Shown here in pieces: positions 30,921 through 40,277 of a stretch of 54,605 nucleotides of DNA. The DNA lies in the sequence record SRR16203515_1384; one strand, written 5' to 3'. The position numbers were made by a program, and so were the translations under genes. The notes beneath the pieces are model-generated. The model did not search any database. It saw only the letters and a program-made list of their open reading frames with translations, and was not told the origin of the DNA. The stretch's first letter is position 1; the number at the start of each line of letters is the position of its first letter.

Positions 30921-31100
30921 ATGTTAGACCAAAATCGAAAAATGTGCGTTATTTTAACAAATGGTGCACAATATCAATTCACGATACGTGAATTGTTCAG
31001 TCTTTTTACACGCAAAGAATTTTTTTCACTCGCGTTTTCGATGGTGTGCCTCATGGCCATCTTTCAAACTTCACATTTCATGTTCGTTTCCAAAATTTGA
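30921..31100 (+). pseudogene. 59-codon ORF, possible truncated N-terminus of a membrane protein
   Basis: MLDQNRKMCVILTNGAQYQFTIRELFSLFTRKEFFSLAFSMVCLMAIFQTSHFMFVSKI*; just under the ORF-track cutoff; ends inside a duplicated motif. Confidence 0.35.
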
Positions 31101-31125
31101 ACAGTAAAGCATAGGTTTAATTCAT

Positions 31126-31142
31126 GTTTCCAAAATGGAAAC
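31126..31142. promoter_or_regulatory. Perfect palindrome GTTTCCA-AAA-TGGAAAC with a degenerate copy at 31086-31102
   Basis: Read directly from the sequence; operator-like spacing. Confidence 0.45.
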
Positions 31143-31990
31143 TATAGACGAAACAGATTCGCAAAACCAGACATTGCCAGCACGCCATCGTCACGCCTGA
31201 TCCAAATTTCTACTTCTGACGACGATGTTTGGCGCCCACAGACTTCAAACTTCATTAAGTCCAACACAGGCGACAACGCGCGAAATTGAAAATATTTTAC
31301 CGCAGCATCCGGAAAATTCTGCCGGACCAAATCAAGCATCAACGTAGCAAGCAGCGGACCGTGTACCACCAATCCTTCGTACCCTTCGGTTTCAACGCAG
31401 AACGGCTGATCGTAATGTATGCGATGGCCATTGAACGTCAGCGCGGAATAGCGAAATAACAATACTGGATCGGGGTTCATTGCATATGAAAACTCGGGCA
31501 GCGTTTCAGATGTTTTATAGACGGGTGCCTTCACATTTTTGTCAGGCGCACTCCGATAAACAATGTCATGCTCTTCCTCGATGCAGCAGGCATCGTGTTG
31601 GAATACTTGATGCGCAACGGTGACAAATACCAAATCCCCAGATTTTCCAGATTTCTGTTGGATGGATTTTATTGTCGAAACTTTGCGTGCCTTTGCCCCG
31701 ATTGCCAGTTCATTGAAAAACGAAACGCGGCTACCTGCCCACATGCGGCGTGGCAATTGTACAGGTGGCAAAAACCCACCAAGCGCTGCGTGACCATCGT
31801 AATTTGCCTGATCAAGTCGATAAATCGGTAAGAAATACAACCAATGCCAAAGGGGCGGCAAAGATGAACCATCGACGTACTGTGTATCATGGTTCAACGT
31901 CGCCGATAACGCATTGGCGGGAAAGGCCACAATTTGATCATGGCGCTCTTCGCTGTTTCCCAACCAATCCGTTAAATCTTGCGCAGGCAT
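31142..31990 (-). CDS. Double hot-dog (MaoC-like) acyl-CoA hydratase, itaconyl/mesaconyl-CoA hydratase type
   Basis: LPPLWHWLYF, PRRMWAG, EEEHDIVYR, LFRYSALTFNGHRIHYD, VVHGPL. Confidence 0.85.
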   Translation of the reverse strand: MPAQDLTDWLGNSEERHDQIVAFPANALSATLNHDTQYVDGSSLPPLWHWLYFLPIYRLDQANYDGHAALGGFLPPVQLPRRMWAGSRVSFFNELAIGAKARKVSTIKSIQQKSGKSGDLVFVTVAHQVFQHDACCIEEEHDIVYRSAPDKNVKAPVYKTSETLPEFSYAMNPDPVLLFRYSALTFNGHRIHYDQPFCVETEGYEGLVVHGPLLATLMLDLVRQNFPDAAVKYFQFRALSPVLDLMKFEVCGRQTSSSEVEIWIRRDDGVLAMSGFANLFRL

Positions 31991-31992
31991 TC

Positions 31993-32598
31993 TTATCCTT
32001 CAGGCATCGTTTGTTTAAATGCGTCCATCGCCTGCATTTTCGCCTGCCATTCCGCCATTTTTGGATGACGAGATTGCCAATCGCGATCACCGTGGCGGAA
32101 ATCGATATAGTCCAATGCACACGCAATCGAAATCTGTCCTGCATTCAACGGACCCTGCGATTCAGCATACGAACCCGTTTCCAGCGAAGCGATGGCGTGT
32201 TCCACTTTGGACCACTGTGCCTCTATCCAACTGGGTGACTGTTCATTTTCGGGGCGTAAACGTTTTTCGTATGAAATCGACACACCCGAATCCATAATGC
32301 CGTCGCCCAAAGCCTCAAGCGTTAAGACTTTCCAAAGATTATCTGTAGGATACATCCCCAATCCCGCCAGATCATCCAAGTAACGGCAAATAACACGACT
32401 ATCGAAAAGGGTAGAGTTGTCATCCAATATCAACGCTGGGATTTTACCTAGCGGATTTGCCGAACGCGCATCATCTGCCACGTTCAATGCCGTCGTCGCA
32501 ACAGGTGTAAACGAAATCTTATCAGTCAAATTTCCCAAGTGTGTATATACCGCAACCTTCCGCACAAATGGCGACGCAGGCGAATAAATAAGTTTCAT
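31993..32598 (-). CDS. Glutathione S-transferase family protein
   Basis: SPASPFVRKV, NPLGKIPAL, LFDSRVICRYLD. Confidence 0.92.
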   Translation of the reverse strand: MKLIYSPASPFVRKVAVYTHLGNLTDKISFTPVATTALNVADDARSANPLGKIPALILDDNSTLFDSRVICRYLDDLAGLGMYPTDNLWKVLTLEALGDGIMDSGVSISYEKRLRPENEQSPSWIEAQWSKVEHAIASLETGSYAESQGPLNAGQISIACALDYIDFRHGDRDWQSRHPKMAEWQAKMQAMDAFKQTMPEG

Positions 32599-32652
32599 AA
32601 TGCTCTCCGCTGTTTTTCGTGATGTTAGCTCAAACCAACGCAATTGAAAGAT

Positions 32653-33261
32653 TTATTGCGGCAGATCTTTCATCAATTTTGCAAGCGCTGGAACATGATC
32701 AACCAAGGTATCTGCTGCGTCCAAACGTGCTTGTTCTGGTTTGTTTTGACCCAGCTTCCACGTGCTATGCAGTTCAAAAATTTCAAACTTAAACGGTAAT
32801 ATCTGACGCATCATTTTCATTTTGACGTCATCGGTCATCTTTTCCATCGTCCAAATCGGTTTGGGATGTAACTGTCTCTCAAATTGATCCGATAGGCGTG
32901 CCAACAACGGTTCAAGCGCATCATCATCTAATCGAACCAATTGACCCGTTACATGGACAGCGACATAGTTCCATGTCGGCACTTGGGCATCTATGCCGTA
33001 CCAATCTGGTGAAATATAACCATCTGGACCGTTCACAATCAATGTAGTTGGAACCGCTTGACCAACCTCAACACGCGCCATTGGGTTAGATCGGACCAAG
33101 TGTAATTCAATGTACGATCGGCATGCCGATAGCAAAAACGGAACGTGTGAGATGACTGGCAAGCCACTGGTTGATTGAGCAAGTGTTCCAAAGCTGGTTT
33201 TTGAAACCAATTCCCAACTATGCCCGTCTGATGTGTTTCTAAAGCTTGGGTTCGGATGCAT
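32653..33261 (-). CDS. FMN-binding negative transcriptional regulator (PaiB family)
   Basis: SHVPF, H.VRSNP, GPDGYISPDWY, VPTWNYVAVHVTG, KLGQNK. Confidence 0.9.
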   Translation of the reverse strand: MHPNPSFRNTSDGHSWELVSKTSFGTLAQSTSGLPVISHVPFLLSACRSYIELHLVRSNPMARVEVGQAVPTTLIVNGPDGYISPDWYGIDAQVPTWNYVAVHVTGQLVRLDDDALEPLLARLSDQFERQLHPKPIWTMEKMTDDVKMKMMRQILPFKFEIFELHSTWKLGQNKPEQARLDAADTLVDHVPALAKLMKDLPQ

Positions 33262-33270
33262 GCGAATGTT

Positions 33271-33903
33271 CTAATCCTGATGTGGAAAATATGTTGGCGC
33301 GTCCCCGTTCGCCCATTTTGGATATTTGTCCATAATCGCCGCGAACCGATCCGAATCCTTAAAATTCTGCAACCATACCTTGGTTTTTTCCCAAGGTTGC
33401 GCGGAAAACCAATCCAAATCCACATGCGCAAATTGTCGAATGAACGGCAATAGCGCAAAATCGGCCAATTTGGGGTCTGAACCAAACAAATTGCCATCCA
33501 AACGCTGTTCCAATTCATGAATGAAACTTGACGCTGCATCGCGATTTTCAATTGGATCTATCTCAGGATACTTGTTCGGGTATTTGTAACGATCCAGCGC
33601 TTGTTTAAATGTGCCATCGTATGTCGACATAAGCGAATAACCCTCAGTCGGCATTTGCATCAGGTTCTCGGGATCATTCTGACCAAGCGCCCAGGCCATG
33701 ATGTGCAAACTTTCATCAACAACGCGTTCACCTACCTTTAGGCAAGGCACAGTCGCGGTAGGCGATGTTTCTAAAAACTCAGGCGCCTTATCGCGCAGAA
33801 TAATTTCACGCAGCTCAACTTGAATTCCGCTGCTTGCAATCGCAAGGCGTGCGCGCATCGCATAGGGGCATCGGCGAAAACTGTACAAAATGGGATAGGT
33901 CAT
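33271..33903 (-). CDS. Glutathione S-transferase family protein
   Basis: LYSFRRCPYAMRAR, FKQALDRYKY, PFIRQFAHVD. Confidence 0.9.
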   Translation of the reverse strand: MTYPILYSFRRCPYAMRARLAIASSGIQVELREIILRDKAPEFLETSPTATVPCLKVGERVVDESLHIMAWALGQNDPENLMQMPTEGYSLMSTYDGTFKQALDRYKYPNKYPEIDPIENRDAASSFIHELEQRLDGNLFGSDPKLADFALLPFIRQFAHVDLDWFSAQPWEKTKVWLQNFKDSDRFAAIMDKYPKWANGDAPTYFPHQD

Positions 33904-35174
33904 GGTGTTAAAGGCACTGCAAACAACTTTCCATTTACGATATCTGTAATTTGGGCTGTGACTATTTCGCTTTCCTGTTGTGCAGCATCAAAACATACCT
34001 CTGTAAATTGTTCAGTCCGCCCCATGTTGGGGTTTTCCATCAATACCGCATGGACCTTGCCAACCTGATCACGCAAATGCGTCTGAACTTTTTCATCACC
34101 CTTTTGCCGAAGTATCGCGGCACGTTCCTTAATCAACCGACCGTCAACCGCTGGCATGCGTGCCGCAGGCGTTCCCTGACGCGCAGAATAGGGGAAAACA
34201 TGTAGCCATGTTAGATCGCACTCGTCCACCAAATTAACTGAATTCTCAAAGTGGGCTTCGGTTTCGGTGGGAAAGCCCGCGATGATATCCGCACCAAAAA
34301 TCATATCAGGGCGTAATTTACGCGCCTCTTCACAAAACAGAATGGCATCATCACGCAGATGCCGACGTTTCATGCGTTTCAGTATTAGATCATCACCATG
34401 CTGCAAACTTAGATGCAGATGCGGCATCAAACGTGGTTCTGTTGCTATGGCCTGCATCAGATTTTCATCAACCTCGATTGAATCAATCGAACTAATCCGA
34501 AGTCTGTTCAAATCAGGAACCAATTTAAGAATACGCATCACCAAATCGCCCAGCTTTGGGGCGGCAGGCAAATCAGCGCCCCAACTGGTTAAATCGACAC
34601 CTGTCAGGACAACTTCGTCGTATCCACTGTCCACAAGCCGTTTGATTTGATCAACCACGACGCCCGCTGGAACAGAACGCGAATTTCCGCGGCCAAAGGG
34701 TATGATGCAAAATGTACAGCGATGATCGCATCCATTTTGAACCTGAACATACGCGCGGCTACGTGTGCCAAACCCATCAATCAAATGTTCTGCTGTTTCA
34801 GTAACGGACATAATGTCATCAACCTGAACACGTTCGGTTTGACCAATGAAGCCGTTCGATAAACCACGCCACGTATCTGCAGATAGTTTTTCTGTATTCC
34901 CAATAACTGCACTAACCTCTGCCATTTCGGCAAAACTATCTGGGTCAATTTGTGCAGCACATCCAGTTACGATGATTTGTTTCTCAGGAAACTGCCGCTT
35001 TTGTTTTCTGATCTCTTGTTTTGATTTTCGGACGGCTTCGGCAGTTACGGCGCATGTGTTAATGACATAGACATTTTCTACACCTGCAGTCTGGGCCAAT
35101 TCCTTCATCGCCTCGGTCTCATAGGCGTTCAATCGGCACCCAAGCGTTGTGAAAATCGGCGCATCACTCATCAT
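33900..35174 (-). CDS. mtaB: tRNA t6A37 methylthiotransferase
   Basis: TLGCRLNAYE, INTCAVT, radical-SAM CDHRCTFC, HVFPYSAR.GTPAA. Confidence 0.92.
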   Translation of the reverse strand: MMSDAPIFTTLGCRLNAYETEAMKELAQTAGVENVYVINTCAVTAEAVRKSKQEIRKQKRQFPEKQIIVTGCAAQIDPDSFAEMAEVSAVIGNTEKLSADTWRGLSNGFIGQTERVQVDDIMSVTETAEHLIDGFGTRSRAYVQVQNGCDHRCTFCIIPFGRGNSRSVPAGVVVDQIKRLVDSGYDEVVLTGVDLTSWGADLPAAPKLGDLVMRILKLVPDLNRLRISSIDSIEVDENLMQAIATEPRLMPHLHLSLQHGDDLILKRMKRRHLRDDAILFCEEARKLRPDMIFGADIIAGFPTETEAHFENSVNLVDECDLTWLHVFPYSARQGTPAARMPAVDGRLIKERAAILRQKGDEKVQTHLRDQVGKVHAVLMENPNMGRTEQFTEVCFDAAQQESEIVTAQITDIVNGKLFAVPLTP

Positions 35175-36001
35175 ACACCTGCCAAAAATTCCAAAGTGAA
35201 CACACCGTCAAAAACATGCGCTGTCGGACCCGCCATCCAAACACCATCATCACGCCAATCAACCTGTATTTGACCGCCATCCAGATCAATTGTGACAGAG
35301 CGGCCTGTCAGCCCACGGCGGGCGGCTGCAACAGCAGTTGCACATGATGATGATCCTGAGGCAAGCGTTACTCCGACACCCCGCTCCCAAACACGCATAC
35401 GAAGGCGATTGGGTGCGATCATAGATGCGAATTGAACATTTGTACGCTCCGGAAATAGTGCGTGATGTTCAATTTCAGAACCACGACTTTCCAGGTTCAC
35501 TTGTTCGGCATCATCGACAAAGAATGTGCAATGCGGGTTTCCCATTCCCGTGGCAGTAGGGGCGCCGTCAATTGGTAACGACAACGTATCGCATTCATAC
35601 GCCAACGGAACCTCGTTCCAATTTAACATGGGGTGTCCCATGTTCACGGCAGTAATTCCTTCGCCCTGATCAACCGCATGCAAAATCCCGCGATCGGTTT
35701 TCAGATCAAGCGTGGTTTTGCCAGTTTCATTCATCAAAAATCTTGCGATGCAACGGGTTGCATTCCCGCAAGCGGCAGATTTTGAACCATCTGAATTATA
35801 AAAATCCAAATGCGCATCAACATCGCTGGGTAAAATCACAGCAAACTGATCGAACCCAACGCCACGGTGTCGATCTGCTACAGCTGAAATGAGAGGATCC
35901 GTTAATTCGATTCTGGAATCACGTCCATCCACGACAACGAAATCGTTACCGAGCCCATGCATCTTCATAAACGGAAGGCGGATCTTGGATTCAACTGACA
36001 T
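35171..36001 (-). CDS. dapF: Diaminopimelate epimerase
   Basis: FMKMHGLGNDF, RGVGFDQ, ACGNATRC, MGNPHC, RVWERGVGVTLASGS. Confidence 0.94.
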   Translation of the reverse strand: MSVESKIRLPFMKMHGLGNDFVVVDGRDSRIELTDPLISAVADRHRGVGFDQFAVILPSDVDAHLDFYNSDGSKSAACGNATRCIARFLMNETGKTTLDLKTDRGILHAVDQGEGITAVNMGHPMLNWNEVPLAYECDTLSLPIDGAPTATGMGNPHCTFFVDDAEQVNLESRGSEIEHHALFPERTNVQFASMIAPNRLRMRVWERGVGVTLASGSSSCATAVAAARRGLTGRSVTIDLDGGQIQVDWRDDGVWMAGPTAHVFDGVFTLEFLAGV

Positions 36002-36106
36002 AAGCACGCATATACGTACCAAATCGCCCTGAATCCAGAGATAACGACAATTAATTCACTTTCGGGGTTGACCCTACCCCAAGTTCTTTTTATGCACCGC
36101 GCCAGT

Positions 36107-36182
36107 GGGCCGTTAGCTCAGTTGGTAGAGCAACTGACTTTTAATCAGTGGGTCACAGGTTCGAATCCTGTACGGCTCACCA
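36107..36182 (+). tRNA. tRNA-Lys(UUU)
   Basis: 76-nt cloverleaf GGGCCGT...ACGGCTC-ACCA, anticodon arm ACTGA-CTTTTAA-TCAGT, GGTTCGAATCC T-arm. Confidence 0.97.
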
Positions 36183-36227
36183 CTATCACGAACTAATATA
36201 TACATTTCGTCGCCTATCATTGTGCAG

Positions 36228-36253
36228 TGATCCAATTTCTATGAGTATCCGTA
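36228..36253 (+). promoter_or_regulatory. sigmaE (RpoE/ChrR-type) promoter for the CIA30 operon
   Basis: TGATCC-N14-TCCGTA. Confidence 0.75.
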
Positions 36254-36287
36254 ATACATTAGGAACGGATGCACATCAGGATGACAC

Positions 36288-36824
36288 ATGTTTGCGAAAC
36301 GATTGTTATTGATGTTTGCTTTGGCATCTTTGTGTTGGGGCGGTGCGGTGATAGCTGACGATTTATCTACATCGGGAAATTGGGTCTATTTTTCAGACAC
36401 GGTCATGGGAGGTAGATCAAGCGGCACAGCCGAACGCGTGAATGTCGATGGCCAGGCCGCAATAAAGCTTACCGGAAATGTCACAACCGAAAATAATGGT
36501 GGATTTGTTCAAGTAAGGCGGGAAATAGACGCAGGACGTGCATCTGATTTTCAAGGATTATCGTTTAAAGCGAAAGGGAACGGCGAAACCTATTACATCC
36601 ACATCAGAAATGGATCGTCGCGATTACCCTGGCAATATTATTCAGCCAGTTTTCGGACATCTGGCAACTGGGAAACCGTGAAAATTCCATTTTCTAAGTT
36701 CGAGCGTTCAGGGTCATTTATGGCAAAATCACTTAAGAAAAATACAATAAATTCAATTGGACTGGTCGCCTATGGAAAGGATCATCAGGCACTTGTTCTG
36801 CTCTCAAACCTCTCATTTTACTAA
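36288..36824 (+). CDS. Exported CIA30-family protein
   Basis: W..FSDTVMGGRSSG, GNVTTENNGGFVQVR, KGNGETY, W.TVKIPFSKF; signal peptide. Confidence 0.88.
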   Translation: MFAKRLLLMFALASLCWGGAVIADDLSTSGNWVYFSDTVMGGRSSGTAERVNVDGQAAIKLTGNVTTENNGGFVQVRREIDAGRASDFQGLSFKAKGNGETYYIHIRNGSSRLPWQYYSASFRTSGNWETVKIPFSKFERSGSFMAKSLKKNTINSIGLVAYGKDHQALVLLSNLSFY

Positions 36825-36841
36825 CTTGGAATTTTTAAATT

Positions 36842-37225
36842 ATGCGATACTCGACGGACTTCAAAACCTTGCTGTTTGCATCGGTATTATCCAGTTTTCC
36901 CTTGATGGCAGCAGCACAAACAAATGAATGGGTCAAGGACGAAGATCGCTTCATAAATCTTATCGATGGCAAAAAATTAAAGCGTTTTTTGATAGAGTTG
37001 TCCGTTCAAACCGACGGTACAATAATCGGGATGGGTGCAGGCACCGACGTGACGGGAAATTGGAATTGGCAAGATAATTATTTTTGTCGCAACTTGTCCT
37101 GGGGTAATCGGGACCTGGGAACTGATTGCCAAAAAGTTGAGCTAAAAGATAAAAAGCTATTCTTTACGTCTGATCGAGGTCTCGGGACAACCGCGGGATT
37201 CACTATCCAAGTATATTTGCCTTAA
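36842..37225 (+). CDS. Exported small beta-rich hypothetical protein
   Basis: Signal peptide; VTGNWNWQDNYFCR..WG...DCQ.V...FTSDRG. Confidence 0.75.
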   Translation: MRYSTDFKTLLFASVLSSFPLMAAAQTNEWVKDEDRFINLIDGKKLKRFLIELSVQTDGTIIGMGAGTDVTGNWNWQDNYFCRNLSWGNRDLGTDCQKVELKDKKLFFTSDRGLGTTAGFTIQVYLP

Positions 37226-37321
37226 ATGTCAATGAGTGCAGGCAATCATTACGGTTGAAGAGAAAATTTCGTACGGTACTTGCGCATCGTTAGATCATCG
37301 TATAGCACGACATCAGTCTCC

Positions 37322-37395
37322 GGCGGGTTGGCGGAGTGGTGACGCAGCGGATTGCAAATCCGTGTACACCGGTTCGATTCCGGTACCCGCCTCCA
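37322..37395 (+). tRNA. tRNA-Cys(GCA)
   Basis: 74-nt cloverleaf GGCGGGT...ACCCGCC-TCCA, anticodon arm GCGGA-TTGCAAA-TCCGT, U73 discriminator. Confidence 0.97.
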
Positions 37396-37404
37396 AAATT
37401 CTAG

Positions 37405-37848
37405 TTATTTGAATAGAGATATTTCCATACCGATAATGTAATCGCCCTGAAAACAAGTGGGCGCGCCGTAAATCATCATTCGGCTGTTCAATTTATACGT
37501 AATTCCGAAAGATGGTTTCGGAATAAGCTTTGATCCCGTACCAAAAACACGATCCCGATATCCAAAGGCAGCACCGGCCATATAGCCTCATTTCCCATGC
37601 GTGTCCTTTTGGTAGGTAAAGATCAACGCAGGTTCATCATATGAATTCCGAATAACAGAAATGGTTTTGTTTTCATCCCAATCACATTTCACACCGGGGT
37701 GTGTTTCATTGAAATCAGTATCGATATTCCCGTGATAACTCACCGCGAAAAATGGGCTGCACCGATCGAGCGACAGACCCGCGTGTGATACACCAGGCGA
37801 AAGTACAATCGCAAAAAGCGAAAGGCACATAATCAACAATTTTTTCAT
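37405..37848 (-). pseudogene. Exported, probable outer-membrane beta-barrel protein interrupted by an in-frame TGA at 37588-37590
   Basis: The frame continues 60 codons past the stop: ...THGK*GYMAGAAFGYRDRVFG...GDYIIGMEISLFK*. Confidence 0.7.
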
Positions 37849-37986
37849 ATCGAACCATTTCTTTAACATTTATGAACTGTCTAAGGAATTCTTTGATTTT
37901 ACACCATCTATTATTGTTCAAAAATGTGTTGCGTTGTGGACAATCTTTGTCAGATTTAGGACATTAATATTGTGGGGAGTGATCCA

Positions 37987-38949
37987 ATGGAGAAAGCGCC
38001 GGTTAAGGGTTGGAATTATGCACCCAATGTTCCAATCCAAGTTTCGCCTATTTTCACGTGGCCTTGGAAACCCTTCGAAATCCTCAAATGGGTTTGGAAT
38101 TCCTGGTTTTTGATCACTGAAAAGTTGATCGTCGTAGGCTTGGCGTTTTGTTCATTTTATTGGTTTCAACCGCCATTGAGTGACATGAAAACCTTATCCA
38201 TTGATTGGGTACTTGTGCTTTATCTGCGAAATATGGCGCTGATGATTACCGTTGCTGGCGCGCTTCATCTTTATTTTTATACGTTTTTGAAACAGGGCCA
38301 GGCGCTTAAATACGATAAGCGGCCCCTAATGAAAAACGGCAAGCAATTTACACTTGGCGATCAAATTAGGGATAATATGTTTTGGACACTGGGTAGCGGC
38401 GTCACCATTTGGACCGCTTACGAAGTGTTGATGTTTTGGGCAATGGCGAATGGATATGCGCCCGTTCTAAGCTGGGCCGAACATCCGATATGGTTCATTG
38501 CGTTATTCCTGATGATTCCACTTTGGGAAAGCTTTTATTTCTATTGGATTCACCGGATGCTGCACATCCCATTCCTGTATAAACACGTTCACGCGCTGCA
38601 TCACCGTAATATCAATGTTGGCCCATGGTCTGGGCTGTCCATGCACCCCGTTGAACATGTCATTTATTTAGGAACCATTTTAATTCACTGGGTGATTGCG
38701 GCGCACCCTGTGCATATTTTGTTTCACCTGCAATATTACACTTTGACAGCGGCGACCACGCACACGGGATTTGCGGGACTGTTAATGAAGGATGAAAATC
38801 GCCTAAAACTGGGGACCTTCCATCATCAGATGCATCATCGTTATTTTGAATGCAATTATGGGTCTTTGGAAATCCCATGGGACAAATTTTTTGGATCATT
38901 CCACGATGGAACACAGGAATGCGATGATCGCATAAAAAAACGGCCCTAA
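37987..38949 (+). CDS. Sterol desaturase / fatty acid hydroxylase family protein
   Basis: His boxes FYWIHRMLH, HALHH, HTG, HHQMHH...NYG. Confidence 0.9.
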   Translation: MEKAPVKGWNYAPNVPIQVSPIFTWPWKPFEILKWVWNSWFLITEKLIVVGLAFCSFYWFQPPLSDMKTLSIDWVLVLYLRNMALMITVAGALHLYFYTFLKQGQALKYDKRPLMKNGKQFTLGDQIRDNMFWTLGSGVTIWTAYEVLMFWAMANGYAPVLSWAEHPIWFIALFLMIPLWESFYFYWIHRMLHIPFLYKHVHALHHRNINVGPWSGLSMHPVEHVIYLGTILIHWVIAAHPVHILFHLQYYTLTAATTHTGFAGLLMKDENRLKLGTFHHQMHHRYFECNYGSLEIPWDKFFGSFHDGTQECDDRIKKRP

Positions 38950-38964
38950 AGCCAGGGCCGTTTT
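38937..38964. terminator. Bidirectional intrinsic terminator
   Basis: AAAACGGCCCT-AAAGCC-AGGGCCGTTTT between convergent genes. Confidence 0.75.
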
Positions 38965-38984
38965 CCTTTAACAGATGGCTGGTT

Positions 38985-40247
38985 TTATCCGAACATGTCA
39001 GATGTGATACCTGCGTACCAACCGATGGACTCTTCATAAGTTGCCTTACGTAGGGCCGCATCTTCACCTGTTTTCGAAACAAAACCGTCAACTTTTGCAA
39101 TTTTCTCGTCGGTCGCTTTATATGTCGCGCCAACTTTGATGCCATCATCGGTATCAACCAATGACCAGCATGTGTTTGAGAATTTCGCAGGGAAGACTTT
39201 TGAACCTGTCAATGCACCACGAACGGCCATTGCAGCAACTTTCGCTTGGCTATTCGCAGAGAAGCCAGATTTCGGCATATCGCCCTGTGCAGACGCATCA
39301 CCAAGAACGTGAATATTCTCGTCAATACGTGACTGCATTGTATGCGCTGATACTGGTGCCCAGTTACCCTCTGTAATGCCTGCGATTTCACAGATACGCC
39401 CAGCTTTCATCGCTGGGATAACATTACAAACGTCAACTTTTTCAACGCTTCCGTCGATCGTAACAGTCATTGCGCCCGCATCAACGGAAACATTGTCACC
39501 GCCGAAATCTGGTCCAATACGTTCGATCATGCCGCCGTAATGCTTTTGCCAACCTTCTTCAAACAAACCTTGCTTTGAGAATTTTGGTTTCGGATCTGCG
39601 ATCAGGATTTTTGCTGTTGGGTTAATTTCTTTCAGTAGGTGCGCAACCATTGAAACACGCTCATATGGCCCAGGAGGGCAGCGATATGGGTTAGGAGGCG
39701 CAACCATCGCATAAACACCACCCTGTGGCATTGATTCGATCTGACGCTTTAGCAATTCGGTTTGTGAACCTGCTTTATATGCGTGTGGCATCGCGTTTTG
39801 TGATGACACGTCCCAACCAGGAACTGAACCATCGATAAAATCGATACCAGGTGACAGGATCAAACGATCATAGTTCATTGTTGAACCGCCTGCCAATGTC
39901 ACTGTTTTCGCGCCACGGTCGATACCAACGGCCCAGTCGTGTACAACGTTGATACCGTATTCAGCCGCCAATGTACCATAAGAATGACCGATGCTATCCA
40001 TTGAACGGAAACCGCCTAGGTACAGGTTTGAGAAGAAGCAAGTGTAATACTCACGTGATGGTTCCACCAATGTGACGTCGATTTCACCCTTGCTGTCTTT
40101 TGCGATGTAACGTGCTGCTGTTGCACCACCTGCACCACCACCGATTACGACAACTTTTGGACGTCCGTGTCCGCCAGCGTTAACCAATGGCGCGCTTAGC
40201 GACGCCGCTGCAGTCGTTCCGATAAACGCTCTTCTTGTTAATTTCAT
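38985..40247 (-). CDS. soxF: Flavocytochrome c sulfide dehydrogenase flavoprotein (Tat-exported)
   Basis: TRRAFIG Tat motif, GGGAGG, YYTCFFSN, PYRCPPGPYER, MPKSGFSANSQ, NTCWS. Confidence 0.9.
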   Translation of the reverse strand: MKLTRRAFIGTTAAASLSAPLVNAGGHGRPKVVVIGGGAGGATAARYIAKDSKGEIDVTLVEPSREYYTCFFSNLYLGGFRSMDSIGHSYGTLAAEYGINVVHDWAVGIDRGAKTVTLAGGSTMNYDRLILSPGIDFIDGSVPGWDVSSQNAMPHAYKAGSQTELLKRQIESMPQGGVYAMVAPPNPYRCPPGPYERVSMVAHLLKEINPTAKILIADPKPKFSKQGLFEEGWQKHYGGMIERIGPDFGGDNVSVDAGAMTVTIDGSVEKVDVCNVIPAMKAGRICEIAGITEGNWAPVSAHTMQSRIDENIHVLGDASAQGDMPKSGFSANSQAKVAAMAVRGALTGSKVFPAKFSNTCWSLVDTDDGIKVGATYKATDEKIAKVDGFVSKTGEDAALRKATYEESIGWYAGITSDMFG

Positions 40248-40277
40248 AAGGTCCTCCCTAAATGCCAGAATTGAAAA

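Noticed and set aside
36842-37225. Enzyme call such as dihydrodipicolinate reductase
   Set aside because: Only 127 aa, has a signal peptide and no Rossmann motif.
28531-37590. Stop-codon reassignment or Sec/Pyl recoding to explain the in-frame TAG and TGA
   Set aside because: TAG and TGA end many normal genes here, neither tRNA is a suppressor, and the interrupted positions fit Trp/Tyr rather than Cys or Pyl.
36107-37980. Integrative element or prophage at the tRNA genes
   Set aside because: No integrase, and no duplicated tRNA 3' end was found by eye.
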